Shown here: positions 28,732 through 37,465 of the stretch, one piece after another
How positions within the stretch are numbered: position 1 is the stretch's first letter
How the letters are laid out: each line of letters opens with the position of its first letter
DNA from: Candidatus Saccharicenans sp.
GTDB taxonomy: Bacteria; Acidobacteriota; Aminicenantia; Aminicenantales; Saccharicenantaceae
Direction of reading: 5' to 3'
DNA length: 64,000 nt
Assembly (NCBI GenBank): GCA_026414545.1
Contig: JAOAIU010000062.1
Coordinates: forward strand, 30,255-94,254
The notes under the pieces: model-generated
The model's input: only the letters and a program-made list of their open reading frames with translations
Databases searched by the model: none
Told to the model about the DNA's origin: nothing
Position numbers and translations under genes: made by a program

Positions 28732-29163
28732 CTAACTGATATTCACCCGATAATTTTTCAGGAGACGGGGGCGCACCCTGTTCTCTTCTTCCTCCATCCC
28801 CCGGAAATGCTCAAACCCCAGGAGATGAAGGAAGCCGTGAATGGTCAGGATTTCAATTTCCCTTAACAAAGAATGCCCCTGTTTTCGGGCCTGCTTGCGG
28901 GCTACTTCCGGGCAGATGATGATGTCTCCCAGGTAGTATTTCCCGTCGGGTCCCTTTTCCTTCAGGGAAAAGCTCAGAACGTCAGTCGGGCGATCTTTAT
29001 GCCGGTATTTTCGGTTCAGGGAACGGATGGCCCGGGGCCCGACCAAGGTTAAAACTACTTCCGCCCTGTCTACCCGGTAGCGGCGGGTGAGTTTATGGAG
29101 AAGGTTTTTAACTCTTCTCAGCGGGACCGGGTTTTTCTTCAACCTGTTTATTATTACGACCAT
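28732..29163 (-). CDS. ybeY: rRNA maturation endoribonuclease YbeY
   Basis: 143 aa. Contains DRPTDVLSF and the zinc motif HGFLHLLGFEH. Overlaps the 3' tail of the upstream gene by 56 nt. Confidence 0.95.
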   Translation of the reverse strand: MVVIINRLKKNPVPLRRVKNLLHKLTRRYRVDRAEVVLTLVGPRAIRSLNRKYRHKDRPTDVLSFSLKEKGPDGKYYLGDIIICPEVARKQARKQGHSLLREIEILTIHGFLHLLGFEHFRGMEEEENRVRPRLLKNYRVNIS

Positions 29164-31486
29164 TGTTCTTTTTGGTTTCCTCTTTCTTTTCTATCTTTTT
29201 TTCAAAATCAAATCCTGGGTACTTGGGCCGGGGATGGTAGATAGCATCCAGGGTAATCAGGAAGGAATTGGCTATCACTCGCAGGTCCTTGAGGGAAAAG
29301 CCACAATCATCGAGCTGCCCATCTTGAAGGTGGGCGTTGAATATTTCGGTGATTACTCGCTTGAGGTTCTGTCTGGTGGGGGAGCGCAGGCTCCGGGCGG
29401 CTGCTTCCACCGAGTCAGCCAGGAGGAGCAGCCCGGCCTCCTTGCTCTTGGGGGTTGGGCCCTGGTAACGATAATCCTCGGCCTCAATTTTGTGTAATTC
29501 CGGGTCGTATTTCTCCTTGGCTTTCTGGAAGAAATAACGGACTATGGAGGTGCCGTGGTGCTGGGCAATCAGATCAGCCACCTGACGGGGTAGCTTCAGT
29601 TTACGGGCCAGGTCGATCCCGTCCTTGACATGGTTGACGATGACCAGTGTGCTCAGCGACGGGGTCAGTTCCCGGTGGACATCGAAGGGAGAAGTCTGGT
29701 TTTCGCTGAAATATTCCGGTCTCTTGACCTTGCCGATGTCATGGTAAAGGCCGCCGGCCTTGACCAGCATGGCGTTGGCGTTAATTTTTTCGGCGGCTTT
29801 TTCGGCCAGGGTAGCCACGATAAGAGAATGGTGGTAGGTGCCTGGTGCTTCCAGAGCCAGCTGCCGGAAAATGGGCAGGTCGGAATTGGTAAGTTCATGC
29901 AACTTGGTGGCCGTGATGAACCCGAAGATGGTTTCAAAGACCGGGATGAGGACAAAGGCAATGGCCGCACTGATCAGTCCGCCAAAAATAGCGCTGAATA
30001 ACTCTGTGGCCAGGCCGGTCAGGTCGGCAAAGGTCTGCCTGACCAGGTGGAAGATCAGAACCATGATGACCTGGAAAGGGGCCAGGACCATCAGGCCGGT
30101 CTTGAGGATGGAACTTCGGCTGGAGGCCAGGTAATATCTGAGGCCGTAGATGGCGGCTATACCTCCGAGCAGCACAAAGAGCACCAGAAAGTAGTCTCCG
30201 TTGAGCAGGTATCCGGCCAGCAAGCTGTTTATTACGCAGTAGATGACGGCTATCTCGCTCTTGGTCAGCAGGGCGAAGATAAAGGTTCCAAACTGGAAGG
30301 GAATGCCAAAAATCAGAGCCTCTTTGCCAACGTTGATTACAGAGACGGAGGCACCCAGGGCTTCGGCTATGAACAGGCTGGCCTTGTAGGCCAAGAAACC
30401 AAGGAAAAGGGTCAGCCCCATCATCTGCAACAGGCGGAGTTGCTTTTCATCCCCGGTGACGTAGACGATGAAATTCCAGATGAAAAAGAAAATAATGGAA
30501 TAGAGAACCAGCAAGCCGGCAAAATTGATCAGCCAGTGAGGCTGGCTGCCAATCTTCTGGTTGATGATGGCAATCTGTCGGATTACCTCGGGCGTGGCCT
30601 CATCACCCTTCCTGATAATGACCTTTCCTTTTTTAATGGTGTAATAGACCGGTTCCACCTGATTTCTGGCTTTAAGCCGGCGGATTTCCGTTTCTGGCGC
30701 ATCATAATTGATGGTCGGCGCCAGGAAAGCAGGGGCCAGGGTCTTGAGCAGGTTCCTGGTTCGAGCAGGAAGCTCAAGGGAATTAATCTCCGAGACCAAC
30801 TGGGCGCGAGCTTCCCTCAGGTCCAGTATTTCAGCCGCCTTGACCAGATTTTCCTCCTTGCCCCTGACCACCAGCAGTCCTTTTTCCGGCTCACCGTGGC
30901 TGAGCAGGCTGCGGGATAGAATTATTTCCCTGGACAGGACTGGAGCCAGAATTTCTGCCAGCAACTGTTCCAGTTCCTGGGGGAAGCGCAGCCTGGCCAG
31001 GTTGTTGAGCGTGGACTCATCGATGTCCAGGCCGAGGTTTTCAGACAGGTTTTTTTGCAGGTCTTTCAGTCCAAGGGCCGGAGTTGAATTCTGCCAGGCC
31101 CGGCCGCTTTCAAAAAAATGTCTGATTTTTTCCTGGGTCACCGAGGTTATTTTCTGGTTATAAAAATAGACCGGTGGAATGGTGGATTCGGCCTGTTCCC
31201 GACGGCGTTCGGTGGCCTGGCTATCCTCTACCGTAATCTCCAGAGGGGAGATGATATCCTTGCTGGCAATCTCTCCGGGCTGGATCGAGGGCAGGGGCCT
31301 GGCTGGAAAATAAGAAATGAAAAAAGAGATTATGGCCGCAAAAATGATTATGTAAAAGATCGGGCTCAGAATTATCTTTTTTTGCCAGGCAACTTTCTCC
31401 TGGACGCCGGCTTCCTTTTTCTTCCGCGGTGGGAAGATTTCTTCACTCTTAAATAGTCGGAACTTGCGGAACTGGATGGTTTTCAT
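29108..31486 (-). CDS. 7TM-receptor/HD-domain phosphohydrolase (PgpH/YqfF family, c-di-AMP phosphodiesterase-like)
   Basis: 792 aa with an extracellular N-domain, 7 TM helices and an HD domain (HHSLIVATLAE..GGLYHDIGK..HHG). Confidence 0.88.
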   Translation of the reverse strand: MKTIQFRKFRLFKSEEIFPPRKKKEAGVQEKVAWQKKIILSPIFYIIIFAAIISFFISYFPARPLPSIQPGEIASKDIISPLEITVEDSQATERRREQAESTIPPVYFYNQKITSVTQEKIRHFFESGRAWQNSTPALGLKDLQKNLSENLGLDIDESTLNNLARLRFPQELEQLLAEILAPVLSREIILSRSLLSHGEPEKGLLVVRGKEENLVKAAEILDLREARAQLVSEINSLELPARTRNLLKTLAPAFLAPTINYDAPETEIRRLKARNQVEPVYYTIKKGKVIIRKGDEATPEVIRQIAIINQKIGSQPHWLINFAGLLVLYSIIFFFIWNFIVYVTGDEKQLRLLQMMGLTLFLGFLAYKASLFIAEALGASVSVINVGKEALIFGIPFQFGTFIFALLTKSEIAVIYCVINSLLAGYLLNGDYFLVLFVLLGGIAAIYGLRYYLASSRSSILKTGLMVLAPFQVIMVLIFHLVRQTFADLTGLATELFSAIFGGLISAAIAFVLIPVFETIFGFITATKLHELTNSDLPIFRQLALEAPGTYHHSLIVATLAEKAAEKINANAMLVKAGGLYHDIGKVKRPEYFSENQTSPFDVHRELTPSLSTLVIVNHVKDGIDLARKLKLPRQVADLIAQHHGTSIVRYFFQKAKEKYDPELHKIEAEDYRYQGPTPKSKEAGLLLLADSVEAAARSLRSPTRQNLKRVITEIFNAHLQDGQLDDCGFSLKDLRVIANSFLITLDAIYHPRPKYPGFDFEKKIEKKEETKKNNGRNNKQVEEKPGPAEKS

Positions 31487-31492
31487 CTGGAA

Positions 31493-32437
31493 TTAAACCG
31501 TTCGGGATTCAGCCCGGGCATAAGCCTTGATTATCTTGCCCACCAGGGGATGGCGGACGACGTCTTTTTCGTTGAAATAGACGAAGGCTATCTCTTTGAT
31601 GGAGGACAGGATTTTGATGGCCTGGAGCACCCCCGACTTCCTTGGTTGGGGCAGGTCAATCTGGGTGACGTCGGCGGTAACCACCAGCTTGGAATCAAAG
31701 CCCATTCTGGTGAGTATCATCTTCATCTGTTCACGGGTGGTGTTCTGGGCTTCATCCAGGATGATGAAGGCAGAATTAAGGGTTCGCCCCCGCATGTAGG
31801 CCAGGGGTGCTATCTCGATGATGCCCCTTTCCACCAGGCGGTTGGCCTGCTCGTAGGGAGTCAGGTCAAACAGGGCATCGTACAGCGGTCGAAGATAGGG
31901 GTTGATTTTCTGGAACATGTCTCCGGGCAGAAAACCCAGGCGTTCTCCCGCCTCCACTGCTGGCCTGGTCAGGATGATGCGGTTGACCTGTTTGCTCTGC
32001 AGGTAGGAGAGGGCCATGGCCATGGCCAGGTAGGTCTTGCCAGTTCCGGCCGGGCCAATCCCGAAGACCAGGTCATAATCCTTGATAGCCTGCATGTAGG
32101 CTTGCTGGTTGAGGCTCTTGGGGGCCACCGATTTCCGCTGCAGGTAAATGGGTTCGGCCGGAGCGTATTCTTCCAACCGACCGGGATTTTCCTCCAGCAG
32201 GTCGAGGGCAATGTGAAAATCTTCCTCTTTCAAGGTGTATCCCTTATCTTCCAGCTCCTGAATTTTTTCAAAATAGCGCCGGGCAAACTGGACCTTGTCA
32301 GGCTCACCGTCCAGTATAAGCTTATCGCCCCGAACGGCCAAACTGACGCCGAGACGGTTTTCCAGCTTCTTCAGATTTTTGTCGAGAACTCCGAAGAAAG
32401 AAATCCGGCGAGTATAGGGGTGGGAGACTTTTTCCAT
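31493..32437 (-). CDS. phoH: PhoH-family ATPase
   Basis: Contains GPAGTGKTYLAMA and ILDEAQN. Start set to ATG 32437 because a good promoter (32499-32527) lies inside the longer track ORF. Confidence 0.88.
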   Translation of the reverse strand: MEKVSHPYTRRISFFGVLDKNLKKLENRLGVSLAVRGDKLILDGEPDKVQFARRYFEKIQELEDKGYTLKEEDFHIALDLLEENPGRLEEYAPAEPIYLQRKSVAPKSLNQQAYMQAIKDYDLVFGIGPAGTGKTYLAMAMALSYLQSKQVNRIILTRPAVEAGERLGFLPGDMFQKINPYLRPLYDALFDLTPYEQANRLVERGIIEIAPLAYMRGRTLNSAFIILDEAQNTTREQMKMILTRMGFDSKLVVTADVTQIDLPQPRKSGVLQAIKILSSIKEIAFVYFNEKDVVRHPLVGKIIKAYARAESRTV

Positions 32438-32498
32438 TTTAAGGGATGGCTTGACTTCTGTCCTTTCTGAAGCACATATCTTCTTTTCTGTAATCAAA

Positions 32499-32527
32499 AT
32501 TAAACCACGTAAGGTTTTTTTTGTCAA
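32499..32527 (-). promoter_or_regulatory. sigma70-type promoter for phoH-pgpH-ybeY-corC-era operon
   Basis: On the minus strand: TTGACA (32527-32522) - 17 nt - TTTAAT (32504-32499). Confidence 0.5.
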
Positions 32528-33006
32528 GACGACCCCCTTGCCAGTTAAACTGGCTGTATCCAGGGGAAGGGGCAAGTGATGCTTTTGTCAAGTTTTCCCC
32601 TTTCAAGAGATCAATCTTATTAATAACAGCTGGATAGCAACTGGGCGTGTCGTGGTTGCAGTTCTAATCTGGTTGGCAGAGCCCAAATAATATCTTGACC
32701 AAGAAGTTGGGCGGGCGGCATAGAGAGAGATATTATTCAGGCTGAAGGAAGTGCCCGGTCGCGGTGGGGGCGGCCATCCGGGCAGTGGCTATCTTGACCG
32801 TGTAGAAGCGGCTTTCTTAAATCTGCCCGACCATTAACTAAAAGTCATATTCTAGCCTGTTTAGATGATTTGTTGAGAATGGATATCTGAGTCCAGAGGC
32901 TGGTTTCCGGCTGGTGAGCCTGGTTCCTGAGATGACCCGGGCCACTCTCTTTATTAAGATAGGAAATCAGATACCCGTCCGGCCGGGATTCACCTGGCCT
33001 TAAAGG

Positions 33007-33035
33007 TTGAAAAACAGGCGGTTCTGTTATATAAA
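33007..33035 (+). promoter_or_regulatory. sigma70-type promoter for RHH-sat cluster
   Basis: TTGAAA (33007-33012) - 17 nt - TATAAA (33030-33035), then SD AGGAGGA and ATG 33051. Confidence 0.5.
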
Positions 33036-33050
33036 ATCATCTCAGGAGGA

Positions 33051-33269
33051 ATGATGGAAAAAGAGTTTACCCCGGTCTCCATACCAACCTCTCTCTATAA
33101 AAAAATAGAAGAAAAGATCAAGGGAACCGAATTCAGCTCGGTCTCCAGCTATGTGACCAAGGTGCTCAGAGAAAGCCTGGCCAGGAATGAAGAAAGCAAG
33201 GAAGTTTTCAGTGCCGAGGAAGAGGAAAAGATCAAGGAAAGGCTGAAGGCCCTAGGTTATATCGATTGA
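33051..33269 (+). CDS. small CopG/ribbon-helix-helix-like protein with acidic C-terminal tail
   Basis: 72 aa. N-terminal beta-strand plus two helices (FTPVSIPTSLYKKIEEKIKGTEFSSVSSYVTKVLRESL), then EEEEKIKERLKALGYID. Strong SD. Confidence 0.6.
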   Translation: MMEKEFTPVSIPTSLYKKIEEKIKGTEFSSVSSYVTKVLRESLARNEESKEVFSAEEEEKIKERLKALGYID

Positions 33270-33311
33270 CGAGCTGATTGGTTTTCTAATCCCGACCCGA
33301 AGGAGTACCCG

Positions 33312-34460
33312 ATGATACCACCCCATGGCGGTCAACTGGTAAATCGCCTGGCCGAAGCTGGCCGAAAGGCTGAAATCCTGTCCAGAGCGGAGGAACTGGT
33401 TTCCATAGTGCTCGACGCCGACCTGGTTTCAGACCTGGAGAATATTGCCACCGGAGTTTATTCACCGTTGACGGGGTTCCTGAACCAGGCTGATTTCCGC
33501 AGCGTCCTGAATCAGATGAGGTTATCGAACGACCTGGCCTGGACCATTCCCATAGTGATGGATGTGGACAGAGAGCTGGCCGGCAAGATCAAGCCGGGCC
33601 AGCAGGTTTTGCTGAAGACAGAAGAAATGAAGCCGGTTGGACTGCTGACGGTTGAAGATAAGTATGAATATGACCGGGAAGAATTCAGCCGGAAGGTTTA
33701 CGGTACCACCGACCCCAGGCACCCGGGAGTTGACCGGGTACTGGCCATGAAAGAAGTTCTCCTGGGGGGACCGGTCGAATTACTGGAACTGGAGCCTACT
33801 CCCTATGACCGTTACCGGCTATCCCCGAAGGAGACCAGGGTTCTATTCAAAGAAAAAGGCTGGAAGACGGTGGTCGGCTTTCAGACCCGCAACACCCCTC
33901 ATCTCGGTCATGAATATGTGCAGAAAGCAGCTCTGACCTTTACCGACGGGCTGTTCATCAACCCGGTCATCGGCCGGAAGAAGAAGGGTGATTTCCGGGA
34001 TGAGGTGATACTGGCTTCCTACGAGGAACTAATCAAGCATTATTACCTCAGGGAGCGGGCGGTCATGGCCATTCTGAAGATGGAGATGCGCTATGCCGGG
34101 CCGCGGGAAGCCATCCATCATGCCATCATCAGGAAGAACTTCGGCTGCACTCATATCATCATCGGCCGTGACCATGCCGGGGTGGGTAATTATTATCATC
34201 CCTATGCTGCCCAGGAAATCTTTGAGGACTTCCCGGACCTGGGCATAGTTCCACTCTTTTTCAAATCGTTCTTCTTCTGCAAGAAATGCGGTTCCATAGA
34301 AAATGAAAAAACCTGCCCCCACGATTCCTCGTCCCATATTCAATTTTCGGGGACGAGAATCCGGGACCTGCTGGTCAAGGGCGAGATTCCGCCGCCAGAA
34401 CTGATGCGGCCGGAAGTAGCCAGAATTATCCTGTCCTTTGACCAACCGTTCAATGATTGA
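33312..34460 (+). CDS. sat: sulfate adenylyltransferase (homo-oligomeric ATP sulfurylase)
   Basis: 382 aa. Contains GFQTRNTPHLGHEY, GRDHAGVG and a PUA-like N-domain. Confidence 0.93.
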   Translation: MIPPHGGQLVNRLAEAGRKAEILSRAEELVSIVLDADLVSDLENIATGVYSPLTGFLNQADFRSVLNQMRLSNDLAWTIPIVMDVDRELAGKIKPGQQVLLKTEEMKPVGLLTVEDKYEYDREEFSRKVYGTTDPRHPGVDRVLAMKEVLLGGPVELLELEPTPYDRYRLSPKETRVLFKEKGWKTVVGFQTRNTPHLGHEYVQKAALTFTDGLFINPVIGRKKKGDFRDEVILASYEELIKHYYLRERAVMAILKMEMRYAGPREAIHHAIIRKNFGCTHIIIGRDHAGVGNYYHPYAAQEIFEDFPDLGIVPLFFKSFFFCKKCGSIENEKTCPHDSSSHIQFSGTRIRDLLVKGEIPPPELMRPEVARIILSFDQPFND

Positions 34461-34498
34461 AGTTGGAGGAATTTCGAACAGAAAGGTGACATAACCTC

Positions 34499-35869
34499 AT
34501 GAATAAGCGACTTCTGGTGATAGGACTCGATTGTGCGGCCCCGGCCCTGGTTTTCGACCGGGCGGCCGAGCTCCCCAACCTGAAAAAACTCATGGACGCT
34601 GGAATATATGGAAAACTCAGAAGCTGCGACCCGCCCATCACCATCCCGGCCTGGATGGTCATGGCCACCGGACGGGACCCCGGGCAGCTCGGACTTTACG
34701 GGTTCAGACACCGCCGCGGATATGAATATAACAAGATGTGGATTGCCAACTCCACCGCGGTTAAAGAAAAAACAGTCTGGGATTACCTCGGAGAGCAGGG
34801 CCGGGAAAGCATCCTGGTCGGTGTCCCCCCCAGCTATCCCCCGAAGCCGGTCCGGGGAAAACTGATTTCCTGTTTTATCACTCCCTCCAGCGATCAGGCT
34901 TACACTTATCCGGCCGAGTTGCGGCAGGAAATTGAGGAAAGATTCGGGCCATTCAAGTTTGATGTCACCTTCAGGACAGAAGACAGGTCCCAGGTGCTTT
35001 CCGAAATCTACCAGATGACCGAAAATCATTTTCAGGTCGTAGACTATCTTCTTCAGGATCACAACTGGTCGCTGTTCTGGTTTGTGGAGATAGGAGTTGA
35101 CCGGGTCCACCATGCCTTCTGGAAGTTCATGGACCGGGGCCATCATCTCTACGAGCCCGGTAATCCCTACGAAAAGGTCATCCCCGATTACTATCGTTTC
35201 CTGGATGAGAAAATCGGACAGCTGTTGGAAAAAGTTGATGACCGGACCGCGGTGCTGGTGGTCTCTGACCACGGGGCCAAGAGGATGAAGGGCGCCTTCT
35301 GCGTCAATGACTGGCTGATTGAACAGGGTGACCTGGTTGTCACTGAACCGCCTCGGCCTGGCCAGAGCATCGATGACCTGAAGATTGACTGGACGAAGAC
35401 CAGGGCCTGGGGCTGGGGCGGTTATTATGCCCGGATTTTCCTCAACGTGGAGGGCCGAGAGCCCCAGGGAATAATAAGGCCGGAAGATTATGAAGCGGCC
35501 AGGGACGAGCTGGCCGAAAGGCTCCGGGCCATTCGCGGTCCCCGGGGCGAAGAATGGAAGACAGTGGTCATCAAGCCCCAGGAACATTACCCGGAGCTGA
35601 ACGGGGAATATCCAGACCTGATGGTCTATTTTGACGACCTTTACTGGCGCTCGGCCGGAACGCTGGGCTACGGCACCATGTACCTTCAGGAGAACGATAC
35701 CGGGCCCGATGACGCCGTTCATGATTACGAGGGCATATACATACTCTATGACCCGGAGAAAAAAGGCAGCCGGGAAAAAGACGCAAACATCCTGGATATA
35801 GCCCCGACCATTCTCAGGTTGCTGGAAGGCCCTGAGGTCCCCGGGCTCAGGGGAAAAGTCATAGAATGA
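34499..35869 (+). CDS. alkaline-phosphatase-superfamily type I phosphodiesterase/nucleotide pyrophosphatase-like protein
   Basis: 456 aa. Contains VIGLDCAAP (metal Asp), DPPITIPAWMVMATG (Thr-nucleophile context), VSDHG and GPDDAVHDYEG. No signal peptide, so it is cytoplasmic. Confidence 0.8.
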   Translation: MNKRLLVIGLDCAAPALVFDRAAELPNLKKLMDAGIYGKLRSCDPPITIPAWMVMATGRDPGQLGLYGFRHRRGYEYNKMWIANSTAVKEKTVWDYLGEQGRESILVGVPPSYPPKPVRGKLISCFITPSSDQAYTYPAELRQEIEERFGPFKFDVTFRTEDRSQVLSEIYQMTENHFQVVDYLLQDHNWSLFWFVEIGVDRVHHAFWKFMDRGHHLYEPGNPYEKVIPDYYRFLDEKIGQLLEKVDDRTAVLVVSDHGAKRMKGAFCVNDWLIEQGDLVVTEPPRPGQSIDDLKIDWTKTRAWGWGGYYARIFLNVEGREPQGIIRPEDYEAARDELAERLRAIRGPRGEEWKTVVIKPQEHYPELNGEYPDLMVYFDDLYWRSAGTLGYGTMYLQENDTGPDDAVHDYEGIYILYDPEKKGSREKDANILDIAPTILRLLEGPEVPGLRGKVIE

Positions 35870-35947
35870 AAGCCAGGCCCTTGCCGGCCTTATACCAGGA
35901 TTCCTGGTAATAAAATTTTATAAATAGTAATAATAAGGAGTCGATAG

Positions 35948-36499
35948 ATGTGTCAGGAACAGAGAGGCTTTACCCTGTGGTTCACCGGGTTGCCCTGCTC
36001 CGGGAAATCGGCTGTGGCCGACCGGGTGGCTGAGGTACTGCGTGCCCATAACCTGAAAGTGGAGAGGCTGGATGGAGATGTGGTCCGCCAGAGCCTGTGC
36101 CGCGACCTGGGCTTTTCTAAGAAGGACCGCGACGAGAATATCCGCCGGGTGGCTTTCGTGGCCAAGTTATTGACCAGGAACGGAGTGGCTGTTCTGACCT
36201 CATTCATTTCTCCTTACCGTGAGATAAGGGATGAAGCCAGACGGGAAATAGGAGAGTTCATCGAGGTCTATGTCAAGTGTCCGCTGGAAGTTTGCATGAG
36301 CCGCGATGTCAAAGGTATGTACCAGAAAGCCATCCGCGGCGAGATCAAGGAATTCACCGGCATCTCCGATCCTTATGAGGAGCCAGTTAACCCTGAACTG
36401 GTTCTGGAAACTGACCGGGAAAGCCTGGAAGAGAGCGCCAGGAAAGTTCTGGATTATCTGAAAAAATCTGGTTATCTTGATGACCATGTCCATCTGTGA
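35948..36499 (+). CDS. cysC: adenylyl-sulfate (APS) kinase
   Basis: 183 aa. Contains FTGLPCSGKS (P-loop), LDGDVVR and SFISPYR. Confidence 0.95.
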   Translation: MCQEQRGFTLWFTGLPCSGKSAVADRVAEVLRAHNLKVERLDGDVVRQSLCRDLGFSKKDRDENIRRVAFVAKLLTRNGVAVLTSFISPYREIRDEARREIGEFIEVYVKCPLEVCMSRDVKGMYQKAIRGEIKEFTGISDPYEEPVNPELVLETDRESLEESARKVLDYLKKSGYLDDHVHL

Positions 36500-36505
36500 G
36501 GCGGC

Positions 36506-37465
36506 ATGATGCTTAAATACCGCCATTACCTGGTGACCGGCGGAGCCGGTTTTATTGGCTCCCACCTGGTAGAAAAGCTGGTCGGCCTTGGCTGTCGGGT
36601 CCGGGTTCTGGACGACTTTTCCACGGGCCGGGAGGAGAATCTGTCCAGCCTGGTCGGCCGGGTGGAGGTCATCCGGGGCGACATCAGGGATGGAGATCTC
36701 TGTGGGCAAGCGGCCGAGGGAATGGAAGTCATAATGCACCTGGCGGCTCTGGCCTCGGTGCCCAGGTCGGTTACAGAACCGCTTCTGGCTCATGAAATCA
36801 ACCTGACCGGAACTCTTAATCTGCTTCTGGCTGCCGCCGAAAAAGGAATTCGCAGCTTTGTTTTTGCCTCATCCTCGGCCGTCTACGGCGACGACCAGAC
36901 TTTTCCCAAAAAAGAGGGCCTGGAAGGAAAAGCCCTGTCTCCGTACGGGGCCCAGAAACTGGCTGCTGAAAAGTACATCCAGGTTTTCAGCCAGATCCAT
37001 AACTTCAACGCCGTTAGCTTGCGTTACTTCAATGTGTTCGGTCCCAGGCAGGACCCGGGTTCACAGTATGCCGCCGTAGTCCCCATCTTCATCAACAGGA
37101 TGCTTAAGGGTCAGCCGCCGGTGATTTATGGTGATGGCCAGCAGAGCCGCGATTTTATCTATGTAGAGAATGTGGTTCGGGCCAATTTGCTGGCTGCCAA
37201 CTCTGAGCATTTTCGCGGTGAAGTCTTCAACATAGGTGCCGCCTCCAGAATAACAATTAACGAGCTGGTCAGGATTCTGAATTCTTTACTCGGGGTATCG
37301 CTCTCCCCGGTTTATGCCGCCCCCAGGCCCGGCGACATCCTGCAATCTTACGCCGATATTACCCGGGCCGAGCGTCAGCTTGGATTCAAGCCAGAGGTTG
37401 ATTTCGAAACGGGCCTGAAGCTGACCATTGACTGGTACAGATCCAGGCTGAGGAATGATTCTTAG
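36506..37465 (+). CDS. NAD-dependent sugar-nucleotide 4-epimerase (WbpP/TviC-like SDR)
   Basis: 319 aa. Contains VTGGAGFIGSHL, SPYGAQK (YxxxK), NVFGPRQDPGSQYAAVVP and GDGQQSRDFIYVENVV. Confidence 0.85.
   Translation: MMLKYRHYLVTGGAGFIGSHLVEKLVGLGCRVRVLDDFSTGREENLSSLVGRVEVIRGDIRDGDLCGQAAEGMEVIMHLAALASVPRSVTEPLLAHEINLTGTLNLLLAAAEKGIRSFVFASSSAVYGDDQTFPKKEGLEGKALSPYGAQKLAAEKYIQVFSQIHNFNAVSLRYFNVFGPRQDPGSQYAAVVPIFINRMLKGQPPVIYGDGQQSRDFIYVENVVRANLLAANSEHFRGEVFNIGAASRITINELVRILNSLLGVSLSPVYAAPRPGDILQSYADITRAERQLGFKPEVDFETGLKLTIDWYRSRLRNDS

Noticed and set aside
32438-32575. 46-codon N-terminal extension of phoH (track start 32575). Similar extensions occur at M14 (21975-22112), era (27473-27502), ispG (44015-44050), cdsA (40634-40705), hypC (39819-39920) and the purine permease (11644-11724).
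   Set aside because: The extensions overlap upstream genes or contain the gene's own promoter. They also lack an SD, while internal starts restore canonical N-termini (for example MCLAVPG for HypC) with good SDs.
32735-32800. Possible SRP (4.5S) RNA, suggested by the string CAGGCTGAAGGAAGTGCC, which resembles the helix-8 CAGGUCCGGAAGGAAGCAGCC motif.
   Set aside because: The GNRA tetraloop and its 3-bp closing stem cannot be formed. The 3'-side AGCA/GGCA elements and the long closing helix are absent. The resemblance is probably coincidental.
34340-35722. 460-aa ORF antisense to the phosphodiesterase gene and the 3' end of sat. It is the longest unassigned ORF in the window.
   Set aside because: It lies fully inside strongly supported sense genes. 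Its translation is G/P/V/R-rich and low in complexity, with no motif, no SD and no signal. This is typical stop-codon-poor antisense frame behaviour in a GC-biased coding region.
37462-37465. Convergent overlap of the epimerase and hypE stop codons as a possible regulatory feature.
   Set aside because: A 3-4-nt convergent stop overlap is common in compact genomes and needs no special explanation. It is noted only as context for the missing terminators.
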